Source: Spirochaetaceae bacterium
GTDB lineage: Bacteria > Spirochaetota > Spirochaetia > DSM-2461
Assembly: GCA_965224705.1 (NCBI GenBank)
Contig: OZ245056.1
Coordinates: 2,656,001-2,720,000 of the forward strand
Reading direction: 5' to 3'
Length of the DNA stretch: 64,000 bases
Under the pieces are notes generated by a model. That model had not been told where the DNA came from, did no database searches, and was given only the letters and a program-made list of their open reading frames with translations. The translations under genes were made by a program, and so were the position numbers. Below are positions 1 through 8,271 of this stretch, one piece after another (positions within the stretch are counted from its first letter, which is position 1; each line of letters opens with the position of its first letter).

Positions 1-252
1 GCAAAACCCTATCATCAGGCATGGTATAAGGGTGTAAAAATCATAGGTGCAACGGCCCATTTTGCCAATGAAACCCTGGATCAGGGCCCAATAATTACGC
101 AGGAAGTCATCAATGTCAGTGATCGCTCCTCAATAAAACAGCTTGTGCAGATGGGGAAGAATATTGAACGCCATACACTGCTGGATGCCATTGTGCTCTA
201 TCTGGAGCATTCAATTTTTGTGCATGAAAATCGTACTTTTATCATACGCTGA
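1..252 (+). CDS. purU: formyltetrahydrofolate deformylase, C-terminal part (truncated by window edge)
   Basis: Frame 1 reads AKPYHQAWYKGVKIIGATAHFANETLDQGPII...IIR*; the GVKIIGATAH and LDQGPII motifs are typical of PurU. Confidence 0.9.
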   Translation, partial: AKPYHQAWYKGVKIIGATAHFANETLDQGPIITQEVINVSDRSSIKQLVQMGKNIERHTLLDAIVLYLEHSIFVHENRTFIIR

Positions 253-403
253 CCCGGGCCTGCATCCGTGATTGTCTTCGTCCTGCCGCCATCATGGAAA
301 TCAGGGAGTTTCTGTGAAACTGTTTTTTGAATCGAAGTTGACCCAAAGCCGGTGATTGTGTTATTTTATCGGACAGATTCAAAATTCTTCATGGTAGGTA
401 AGA

Positions 404-1921
404 ATGTCATCAAATAAGAAAGTCATCCCTTTCAAAAAAGGAGCCGCACCCAGGGAGGGGAGTGGTTTCTTAAAATATACTGGATTAGCAATTGTAGCTC
501 TGGCTGTTATCGGACTTCTGTTTTCCTCGCTATTCTCTGGAATATCGGGTTTTGGGAGTGGAGATCTGGTTTTTGGCCGGTACGGTGATAAAAGCATTGT
601 GTATAACTATAACAATTCCTTCGGACGCAGTGTGATCAGCAGAATGGAAGAAGGAGGCAATGACCAGGAGGGACAGTACTTTGACTTACTCAGGCGCATG
701 ATATGGCAGCAGGAGTTTTCCAATGCGGTTGTTCGCACTGCAATTGCCTATCATCTGGAAGAAGTCGGCTATGTCCCCAGCACCCAAATTGTTGATCTTG
801 AAATCATCAGGGACTCTTCGTTTCAAACTGAAAATAGATTCGATGAAGAAAAATATAATAATGCATCTGCTTCCACGAAGAATAATCTCAGAGAGTCCTT
901 AAGAGAGAATATTGCCCTGAATACCTGGACTGAAGACTCCATCCTCAGCCTGAAAAGATCGGATGCCCAGCTTGATTTTTTGAACAGTTTGAAGGAAACC
1001 GTTCGCAGCTATGATTACATCGTCCTTCCCTACAGCGATTATCCAGATGAAGATGTTATTGCTTATGCAGGGGAGAATGAACAATTATTCCGCACACGGC
1101 CAATAAGTCGAATTACGGTGGAGGATGAAGAAACTGCCCGGGAGATAGTGTCTCTATTCAACGAGAAGAGACAGGATATTGATGCTTTTGCCACTCTGGC
1201 CAGGGAGTATTCTACAGACAGTTTCGGTGAAGAGGGAGGAGGCATGGGGTCAACTGAATACTACAAAATCCTTGAGCTCATTTCTGCCGAAAATACCGAT
1301 ACAGTCTTTGCCCTTGATGTCGGTGAGATCGGTGGTCCTTTTGAGTCAGAATACGGGTGGATTGTATTTCACACTGATGGTGAGATTAAAGAAGCCGACC
1401 CGGAAGAAATTGTCGATGAAGTCCGCAGCTACATGCTGAGGAACGAAGTTGGGATAATTGAAGACACTCTTCTGGCCAGGGCGGAACGCTACAGAGATAA
1501 GGCGATTTCTGCCGATTCATTTCAGGAAGCCATGTCGGCTGAAGGAATTGAAGTGAAATCAACAGAACCCTTCCCTTTTAACTATGGAGGTGATGTTCTT
1601 CTTGGTAACTCTCCGGAAAGAACAGATGATCCCGCACTTGCGGGAACAACATCCTCCGAGGACTTCTGGAATAACATTGTTTCACTGGAGCAGGAAGGAG
1701 ATATTACCCAGCCCATTGTCCTTTCTGAAGCAATTGGACTCTTCACTCTTGTCAAAACAGAAACCCAGGAAAGACCGGAAACATGGAATGATACAGTGGA
1801 TATTGAGTTGAATAATACTGTTGTGGAACAATTTCAATCCATTATTCTTGCTGAAGACTCCAAACTCTTTGATGATAATTTCTCCAAAACCTATGATAAA
1901 ATCTATCGAGATCAAGGATAG
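404..1921 (+). CDS. PpiD/SurA-like membrane-anchored periplasmic chaperone / parvulin PPIase
   Basis: N-terminal TM helix, SurA_N-like region, rotamase-like segment FATLAREYSTD...GGGMG...GPFESEYGW. Confidence 0.75.
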   Translation: MSSNKKVIPFKKGAAPREGSGFLKYTGLAIVALAVIGLLFSSLFSGISGFGSGDLVFGRYGDKSIVYNYNNSFGRSVISRMEEGGNDQEGQYFDLLRRMIWQQEFSNAVVRTAIAYHLEEVGYVPSTQIVDLEIIRDSSFQTENRFDEEKYNNASASTKNNLRESLRENIALNTWTEDSILSLKRSDAQLDFLNSLKETVRSYDYIVLPYSDYPDEDVIAYAGENEQLFRTRPISRITVEDEETAREIVSLFNEKRQDIDAFATLAREYSTDSFGEEGGGMGSTEYYKILELISAENTDTVFALDVGEIGGPFESEYGWIVFHTDGEIKEADPEEIVDEVRSYMLRNEVGIIEDTLLARAERYRDKAISADSFQEAMSAEGIEVKSTEPFPFNYGGDVLLGNSPERTDDPALAGTTSSEDFWNNIVSLEQEGDITQPIVLSEAIGLFTLVKTETQERPETWNDTVDIELNNTVVEQFQSIILAEDSKLFDDNFSKTYDKIYRDQG

Positions 1922-1926
1922 GGTTA

Positions 1927-3519
1927 ATGGATGTGCCTCGGCTGGAGGACACTGGCCGTGGCCTTACAGTTTTTTACGATAGGTATTTGTATTCAAAAAG
2001 AGATCCAGCCAGACGTTCTATTTCAGTTTCGGAAACCGCTCCAGTCAAACCCCGCACCCTGTATATTATTCCATCTCCCCTGCTGGGATATGGACTCAAG
2101 GAACTGCTGAATCGTATTACGGATGATTCCTTCATCATTGCCATTGAAGTATCACAGGCTCTTTTTCATCTTTGCTCCCCTTTCATCAGCAATGAGTTGT
2201 CGAATCATCCGCGATTATCCATTGTAAGGCTGTCTGATGAGAATAACCTGAAAGCTCTCCTCGACAATCTTGGATACTGGAGATTTCGCCGGGTACATCG
2301 TATTGATCTCAATGCCGGTTCTTCCCAATTCCCGGAGAACTACAATCGCCTTACTGAATTTGCAATCAATGCCCTGGCAGCGTACTGGCGCAACAAACAT
2401 GTTCTTCGTGCATTGGGCCGTCATTGGGTTCGGCATCTTTTTGCCAATCTATCCTCTTCTTCTTCCCTGCAATCTCCCCGGTCATGGACTGGAAAACCCA
2501 TCGTTGTCACTGGTGCCGGTCCTTCCCTGGAGGATTCACTGAACTTCCTCATACAGTACCGGGAACTTGTTGAAATCTGGGCTACTGATACATCACTTGG
2601 AACTCTGCTGTCAGCAGGCATCAGGCCGGATGTGATTTCCGTTCTTGACACACAGTTCTGGAATCACATGGATTTCCATGGGGCCGCAGGTACAGGAATC
2701 AAAATCATTGCGGATATCACTTCCTATCCCGGCAGTCTGAGTATTACAGGAGGCCGTACAGCGGCTTACTTCTCCTCCTTTGCTGAATTAAGTGTTTTGA
2801 AGCGGCTGGAAAAAACTGTCCCGGGAATCCGTAAAATTCCACCTCTGGGTTCCGTTGGTTTATCGACTGTTTACCTTGCTCTTCACTGCAGCAATGTCCC
2901 CATATTTCTTACCGGATTGGATTTTGCCTATACACCTGGAAAAACCCATGCCAGAGGGTCATCAATGCATAAATGGCAATTGATCAACCTGTCCCGTATT
3001 AATCCATCGCCAGGTTGGTCTTCCATCATGCAGCGCCCACGAATGAAAGCCGATGGATATGGTCAGCAGGCGATAAAAACCGACAGGGTACTTATGGGAT
3101 ATGCTGAATTGTTTAGAGATCGCTTTGAAGAATCAGAAAGGCTTTACATGCTCACCGGCGGCGTGGATCTCGGCATCCCATCTGTTGACAGCTCAGAAGC
3201 CCTGAAATTGATGATTCAGGTTAAAAAGCCTGAAGAATCCGTGGAGAAGCATCCCGATCACCAGGAAGAAGTCAGGATTTTCCTCCAGAATGAGCTGCAG
3301 GGATTGAACCAGATTATCGAAAACTGGGACAACTACAATGAGAAAACCGAAGATGCTGCGAATCTAAGGAGAAGCCTTGAAGAATATGAACATAGTTTCT
3401 GCGACTTCCCGAACGAACATCTGTTCCCGGAAGTTGATGATGTTTTTCTTTTCCAATCAGTGAAACGCTGCCGGGAACTGAAACGCTTCATACAGCGAGT
3501 GAGCGGGTTTCATGACTGA
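1927..3519 (+). CDS. Maf (motility-associated factor) / MptE-like DUF115 family protein
   Basis: Motifs LYSKRDP, VVTGAGPSL, GIRPD, GSVG, LTGLDFAY. Confidence 0.75.
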   Translation: MDVPRLEDTGRGLTVFYDRYLYSKRDPARRSISVSETAPVKPRTLYIIPSPLLGYGLKELLNRITDDSFIIAIEVSQALFHLCSPFISNELSNHPRLSIVRLSDENNLKALLDNLGYWRFRRVHRIDLNAGSSQFPENYNRLTEFAINALAAYWRNKHVLRALGRHWVRHLFANLSSSSSLQSPRSWTGKPIVVTGAGPSLEDSLNFLIQYRELVEIWATDTSLGTLLSAGIRPDVISVLDTQFWNHMDFHGAAGTGIKIIADITSYPGSLSITGGRTAAYFSSFAELSVLKRLEKTVPGIRKIPPLGSVGLSTVYLALHCSNVPIFLTGLDFAYTPGKTHARGSSMHKWQLINLSRINPSPGWSSIMQRPRMKADGYGQQAIKTDRVLMGYAELFRDRFEESERLYMLTGGVDLGIPSVDSSEALKLMIQVKKPEESVEKHPDHQEEVRIFLQNELQGLNQIIENWDNYNEKTEDAANLRRSLEEYEHSFCDFPNEHLFPEVDDVFLFQSVKRCRELKRFIQRVSGFHD

Positions 3520-4790
3520 CTCATTCCGGATGACTGGATCTGATCTTCGGGTACCCTTTCACGCCTGGCGAGGAAGGCAAATGGCAGGGCAAGAACCTGT
3601 ATCGCCGCAGTCGTAAGATAGGACATCCCGTAGCCGTGGATATCTGCAATTCGGCCAAGGATGGGTTGTCCTGCAACTCCGCCAGAGGATGCAATCAATG
3701 AATCGAAGGAAAGAACTGTGGCGCGTTCGCTTGAGGGTATGAGGCTGTTGAGATAGGCCTGACGGATTGGCATAACAGTTGAAGATGATAATGACCATAA
3801 AATGAGACCCACTGCAGCCACCTGAAAACTGTTTGTCAATCCGATGACGGCAAGCATACACGTACTGAGAGAGGTTGCGAGAATGATGACGGTAGTTCGG
3901 CGTTTGAAAATTCTTTTCATCTGCCCGGCAAGTATACCGCCAATGATTTGAGTTCCTGCCATTGCTGCTGCCGCCAGTCCGGCAATACCATAAAAATCAG
4001 GGTTTCCGTAAAGCTCCAGAAGGTATGGCTGCAGGGCGTAAAAAGCGTAGATAAGCGTTCCGATTGTAAATGGTGCCATAAGCATTACCCATCGAACCGG
4101 GCGATTTCTTAATCCATTGTCAATAGAAGCTTTGAAAATCCTGTTTATATTGCCCATCATTGTCTTGCCTGTGACAGGCTTGAAACCAATGTCTTTCATG
4201 AATATCTGTATAATGAGGAAGGTTAGCATGAGCAGAAAAGCCCGAATAATGTAAGGAACACCCAGATTGGTCAGTTGAGCAATGAATCCCCCGGCAATTG
4301 AACCGGTCAACATGGCAATCCCGGAGACAACCTGACCTTTTGAGAAAACAGATTCCAGATTCCCCCTATATCCAGAGACATTGAGAGCATCGACCAGCCA
4401 TGCTTCTGTAGCACCGGAAAAAAATGTGAATCCCAATCCAAGAAGAATTGAAGTGAGGGCCCATCCCCATAATGGAATTTTCAAATACCAAATCAAAAGA
4501 TATAGAAGAGTTGATATGAAAAGAGTCAGTGTACCAACGATGCAGGATGCACGCCGACCCCATGTATCGGCAACGATACCTGTTGGAACTTCAAAGAGAA
4601 GTGTTCCCAGAGTAAAAAACGCATTGGCAGTAAACGCCTGTACATTGTTTAGACCGGCATCCAGAAGAAAGAGGGTATTGATTCCCCAGATGAAGGATGC
4701 CGCCAGTGTTGACGAAAGAGTCAATCCCAGATAAACCTGCTGGATGCGGCGTATTGCCCTGGGAATTGAAGGATCATTTTCTGGACCCAT
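3510..4790 (-). CDS. MFS transporter
   Basis: About 12 hydrophobic segments and the motif FEVPTGIVADTWGRR; start moved to ATG 4790 because the longer ORF runs into an IS remnant. Confidence 0.9.
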   Translation of the reverse strand: MGPENDPSIPRAIRRIQQVYLGLTLSSTLAASFIWGINTLFLLDAGLNNVQAFTANAFFTLGTLLFEVPTGIVADTWGRRASCIVGTLTLFISTLLYLLIWYLKIPLWGWALTSILLGLGFTFFSGATEAWLVDALNVSGYRGNLESVFSKGQVVSGIAMLTGSIAGGFIAQLTNLGVPYIIRAFLLMLTFLIIQIFMKDIGFKPVTGKTMMGNINRIFKASIDNGLRNRPVRWVMLMAPFTIGTLIYAFYALQPYLLELYGNPDFYGIAGLAAAAMAGTQIIGGILAGQMKRIFKRRTTVIILATSLSTCMLAVIGLTNSFQVAAVGLILWSLSSSTVMPIRQAYLNSLIPSSERATVLSFDSLIASSGGVAGQPILGRIADIHGYGMSYLTTAAIQVLALPFAFLARRERVPEDQIQSSGMSQS

Positions 4791-4843
4791 AATGAAAAGA
4801 ATATATAGTCTATTGAATATCCTGCATAGACCCTGCCGGGTTC

Positions 4844-4980
4844 CCCGGCAGCCGCATCTAAAATCCACAACAACTTCAGACAGATAATCATTATCCCATC
4901 CATCTTCCTACGCCTGGCGGCGATACCAAACTTCCCATGCTGACGAACCTCACTCTCAATCAGCTTCGCGTTCATCTCCA
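4844..4980 (-). pseudogene. decayed ISAs1-family transposase C-terminus plus degenerate terminal repeat
   Basis: Minus strand reads KFGIAARRRK and, after a frameshift, GWDNDYLSEV, resembling the ISAs1 C-terminal GIxxKRxxAGWDNDYL motif; shares cgcatctaaaatccac (4853-4868) with the MITE end at 7001. Confidence 0.7.
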
Positions 4981-5033
4981 GGTCCCCATGCCTCTGTGAG
5001 AAACTCTCCGATAAGCCCCCCAAAAACCTCCCC

Positions 5034-5062
5034 TTGCATAAACACCAGAACTTCCGTAATGT
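5034..5062 (+). promoter_or_regulatory. putative sigma70 promoter for rpn copy 1 (leaderless)
   Basis: TTGCAT-17nt-TAATGT ending 6 nt before ATG 5069; no SD. Confidence 0.55.
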
Positions 5063-5068
5063 AAAGTC

Positions 5069-5935
5069 ATGGAAACAACCAGACCATTCGATCCGCTGTC
5101 TGACTTGTTTGCCCGTGCCCTTCTGGGCGATGAGAAAAACACCAGCCTGCTGACGAATTTCATCAATGCATTTCTAACCCCAAAGAAATTAGGCCCGGTC
5201 ACCAGCGTCGATATACTCAACCCCTACAACCTGAAAGAATACTTCAGCGACAGGGAAACCATCCTGGATGTCAAGGCAAGAGACAGCCGCAATCGCATCA
5301 TTAACGTCGAGATACAGATCTCCACCGGCAAGTATTTTGCCAATCGAAGTCTGTTATACTGGGCAAAAAACTACCAGAGCCAGCTGCGTGAATCAGAGGC
5401 CTACTCCAGACTCAATCCGGTTATTTGCATCAATCTGGTTGGCGAGCCCCTTTTTCCACAACTGGAGGAGTACCACACCTGCTTTCAACTTACCGAAATG
5501 GATCATCCCGAACAGATCTTGACCGACCATCTGTACATCATGTTCATGGAACTCTCGAAAATGACATTTCCCGATGAAGCCCACCTGGCTATTGGAAGCG
5601 ACTTTGAACGATGGTGCTATTTTTTTAAGTACGAAGGTTATTTGAAGGAGGACGAGATGCCCGTGCTATTGGGAGACAACCCATATATTCAGGAGGCTCA
5701 TAAACTTTACACAACATTCACCGCCGATCAAGCCATGCTTGACAGGCTGGAAGCCAAAGAGAAATGGAGAAGGGATTATCTAAGCGGTCTGGATGAATCC
5801 TGGAACGATGGCAGGGAAAAAGGCCGAGAAGAAGGCATAGCCCAAACAGTCAAAGACTTCAAGGCTGCCGGAGTTTCCATTGATATCATCATCAAGGCCA
5901 CCGGCCTGAGCGAAGAAGAGATCCAGAAACTCTAA
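5069..5935 (+). CDS. rpn: Rpn-family (PD-(D/E)XK nuclease / putative transposase) protein, copy 1
   Basis: ILDVKARD...INVEIQ PD-(D/E)XK core, RSLLYWAK, C-terminal GREKGREEG repeat and IIKATGLS HTH tail. Confidence 0.9.
   Translation: METTRPFDPLSDLFARALLGDEKNTSLLTNFINAFLTPKKLGPVTSVDILNPYNLKEYFSDRETILDVKARDSRNRIINVEIQISTGKYFANRSLLYWAKNYQSQLRESEAYSRLNPVICINLVGEPLFPQLEEYHTCFQLTEMDHPEQILTDHLYIMFMELSKMTFPDEAHLAIGSDFERWCYFFKYEGYLKEDEMPVLLGDNPYIQEAHKLYTTFTADQAMLDRLEAKEKWRRDYLSGLDESWNDGREKGREEGIAQTVKDFKAAGVSIDIIIKATGLSEEEIQKL
5657..5935 (+). CDS. putative in-frame internally initiated Rpn C-terminal protein (92 aa, candidate antitoxin)
   Basis: AAGGAGG at 5645-5651, 5 nt before in-frame ATG 5657. 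Confidence 0.55.
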   Translation: MPVLLGDNPYIQEAHKLYTTFTADQAMLDRLEAKEKWRRDYLSGLDESWNDGREKGREEGIAQTVKDFKAAGVSIDIIIKATGLSEEEIQKL

Positions 5936-5971
5936 CAGAAACAGATCACTCCCAGACCAAAAACCCCCCCC

Positions 5972-6000
5972 TTGCATAAACACCAGAACTTCCGTAATGT
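5972..6000 (+). promoter_or_regulatory. putative sigma70 promoter for rpn copy 2 (leaderless)
   Basis: Duplicate of 5034-5062 at a 938-bp period. Confidence 0.55.
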
Positions 6001-6006
6001 AAAGTC

Positions 6007-6885
6007 ATGGAAACAACCAGACCATTCGATCCGCTGTCTGACTTGTTTGCCCGTGCCCTTCTGGGCGATGAGAAAAACACCAGCCTGCTGACGAATTTCA
6101 TCAATGCATTTCTAACCCCAAAGAAATTAGGCCCGGTCACCAGCGTCGATATACTCAACCCCTACAACCTGAAAGAATACTTCAGCGACAGGGAAACCAT
6201 CCTGGATGTCAAGGCAAGAGACAGCCGCAATCGCATCATTAACGTCGAGATACAGATCTCCACCGGCAAGTATTTTGCCAATCGAAGTCTGTTATACTGG
6301 GCAAAAAACTACCAGAGCCAGCTGCGTGAATCAGAGGCCTACTCCAGACTCAATCCGGTTATTTGCATCAATCTGGTTGGCGAGCCCCTTTTTCCACAAC
6401 TGGAGGAGTACCACACCTGCTTTCAACTTACCGAAATGGATCATCCCGAACAGGTCTTGACCGACCATCTGTACATCATGTTCATGGAACTCTCGAAAAT
6501 GACATTTCCCGATGAGGCCCACCTGGCTATTGGAAGCGACTTTGAACGATGGTGCTATTTTTTTAAGTACGAAGGTTATTTGAAGGAGGACGAGATGCCC
6601 GTGCTATTGGGAGACAACCCATATATTCAGGAGGCCCATAAACTCTACACAACATTCACTGCCGATCAAGCCATGCTTGACAGGCTGGAAGCCAAAGAGA
6701 AATGGAGAAGAGATTATCTAAGCGGCCTGGATGAATCCTGGAACGATGGCAGGGAAGAAGGTGAAAAAGAAGGTGAAAAAAAAGCCATAGCCCAAACAGC
6801 CAGGCGCTTAAAAGCCGCCGGAGTTTCCATTGATATCATCATCAAGGCCACCGGCCTGAGCAAAGAAGAGATCCAGAAACTTTAA
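6007..6885 (+). CDS. rpn: Rpn-family protein, copy 2 (tandem duplicate with variant C-terminus)
   Basis: Protein identical to copy 1 up to about residue 250 except one I/V change; the tail differs. Confidence 0.9.
   Translation: METTRPFDPLSDLFARALLGDEKNTSLLTNFINAFLTPKKLGPVTSVDILNPYNLKEYFSDRETILDVKARDSRNRIINVEIQISTGKYFANRSLLYWAKNYQSQLRESEAYSRLNPVICINLVGEPLFPQLEEYHTCFQLTEMDHPEQVLTDHLYIMFMELSKMTFPDEAHLAIGSDFERWCYFFKYEGYLKEDEMPVLLGDNPYIQEAHKLYTTFTADQAMLDRLEAKEKWRRDYLSGLDESWNDGREEGEKEGEKKAIAQTARRLKAAGVSIDIIIKATGLSKEEIQKL
6595..6885 (+). CDS. putative internally initiated Rpn C-terminal protein (96 aa)
   Basis: Same AAGGAGG-acgag-ATG signal, in frame. Confidence 0.55.
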   Translation: MPVLLGDNPYIQEAHKLYTTFTADQAMLDRLEAKEKWRRDYLSGLDESWNDGREEGEKEGEKKAIAQTARRLKAAGVSIDIIIKATGLSKEEIQKL

Positions 6886-6940
6886 CAGAATCAAATTTTT
6901 CCCACTCCGTATCCTCCATACCTCCGTGAGAAACTCCCCA

Positions 6941-6990
6941 GAATCAGTGGTTTTTCATTTTTTCAGATGGCATTAGTTGTGATTGCCCTG
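6941..6990. mobile_element. degenerate opposite end of the old ISAs1-like element
   Basis: aatcagtggtttttcatt...ttagttgtgattgccctg resembles the MITE end aatcagtgtttttcatt...ttagatgcaattaccctg. Confidence 0.65.
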
Positions 6991-7000
6991 GTTCCTGACC

Positions 7001-7398
7001 CAGGGCAATCGCATCTAAAATCCACTAGCCAGAGTGTTCTTCAAAGCCTTATTCATGGGTTTTTAACCGCAGAGGACGCAGAGAGCGCAGAGTGTTCAAG
7101 ATAAATGTTGACCAATCTGTTTATGCTATAGAGACGAAAAAACCCGGACTAAAGTAAGACTTTTTCTCCATTTTTGGGCGTTTTGCCCAAAATGTGGGTG
7201 CGTCCATGCGCCCACGGGCAGCTCTAAGCGGTTTTAAGAGCTGCCCTATATCTCTCTGCGTACCTCTGCGTTCTCTGCGGTTTAATGCCGCTTTGAGGAG
7301 ATTCCACATTCTTTGAGACACTGGATAAAAATTTCCATTGACCTCGAAAATCAGTGTTTTTCATTCTATTTGGGACAGAATTAGATGCAATTACCCTG
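7001..7398. mobile_element. 398-bp ISAs1-derived MITE, copy 1
   Basis: Imperfect TIRs cagggcaatcgcatctaa / ttagatgcaattaccctg; flanks gttcctgacc / gttcctgaac (10 bp, 1 mismatch); near-identical copy at 28813. Confidence 0.9.
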
Positions 7399-7473
7399 GT
7401 TCCTGAACCATATAACCTTGACTGCATCCGGTTTTGCAGGATAGATTTTATTCTTCCTGGGTTCTCTTGAAGC

Positions 7474-8271
7474 ATGATCAGTAATTCCAATTTCATACGC
7501 ACAACCGGATTCTTCCTATTCGTATGGGCCGGACTCACTCCCCTGTTCGGAATTAATAATTCAACCAGGCATTCCCTGTCCCTGACAACATCCTTCCTGA
7601 ATCCAAATTTTTCGGATCATCTTGTATCTCCCCTCCATCTTCATGGTCTGGGTGCCGGCGGTAGATTGAGTTACAGTGTGAGAGCTCCTCGATTTGATTT
7701 CAATCTTTTAATTGGCGGGGGAGGTGGAGTGCTGTATAGTAAAAATTCAGGTCTTTATGATGGAGATAATTACTTCGTTCATGCTTCATTCAATATGAAT
7801 TCCAGTTACCGCCTGCCAGTCATTCATGATAAGGGACATCTACTTTTTGGATTGCAGGTCAGCTACATGCTGGAAGGTTATTTCCTTGGATATATAACTT
7901 CACACAACTGGTTTGCTGATCTTTCCTTCCTCCCATCTATTGGTTTTGAATATGATTTCAAGAAGGGCCGGTTAAGGTCTTCTTTTGCTTTTTCAATATT
8001 CAGTATTGTCAATCGTCCCCCATGGACAAACTATAATGATGAACTGGATTTCAAACTGAGTGAATCTCCACTGAGAATTCTGTTCAGAGGTGAACCTGTT
8101 ACGATTAATCAGTATGCTCGCTTCAACTGGAATGTTCACTGGGATACAAAACTTTCACCACACTTCGATTTGATCAGTGGATTCTCCTGTCAGTATATAA
8201 AAACAACCCTCCCATTGGATGCTTCTTCCTTTTCTTTATCCATTGATGTTGGGATTCGATATGTTTTCTAG
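7474..8271 (+). CDS. putative outer-membrane beta-barrel protein
   Basis: Signal peptide, alternating amphipathic strands rich in aromatics/Gly, C-terminal VGIRYVF. Confidence 0.6.
   Translation: MISNSNFIRTTGFFLFVWAGLTPLFGINNSTRHSLSLTTSFLNPNFSDHLVSPLHLHGLGAGGRLSYSVRAPRFDFNLLIGGGGGVLYSKNSGLYDGDNYFVHASFNMNSSYRLPVIHDKGHLLFGLQVSYMLEGYFLGYITSHNWFADLSFLPSIGFEYDFKKGRLRSSFAFSIFSIVNRPPWTNYNDELDFKLSESPLRILFRGEPVTINQYARFNWNVHWDTKLSPHFDLISGFSCQYIKTTLPLDASSFSLSIDVGIRYVF

Noticed and set aside
5069..6885. rpn copies as a DGR template/variable repeat pair
   Set aside because: Differences are not adenine-specific, include an indel, both copies are full genes, and no reverse transcriptase is in the window.
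7338..7367. Outward promoter in the MITE end (TTGACC…)
   Set aside because: The -35 is plausible but there is no convincing -10 at 16-18 nt; not supportable without data.
7121..7538. Minus-strand ORFs in the MITE (7121-7321, 7224-7538; also 28933-29160)
   Set aside because: They lie within a non-coding repeat and have no recognisable motif; identity between copies reflects the repeat.
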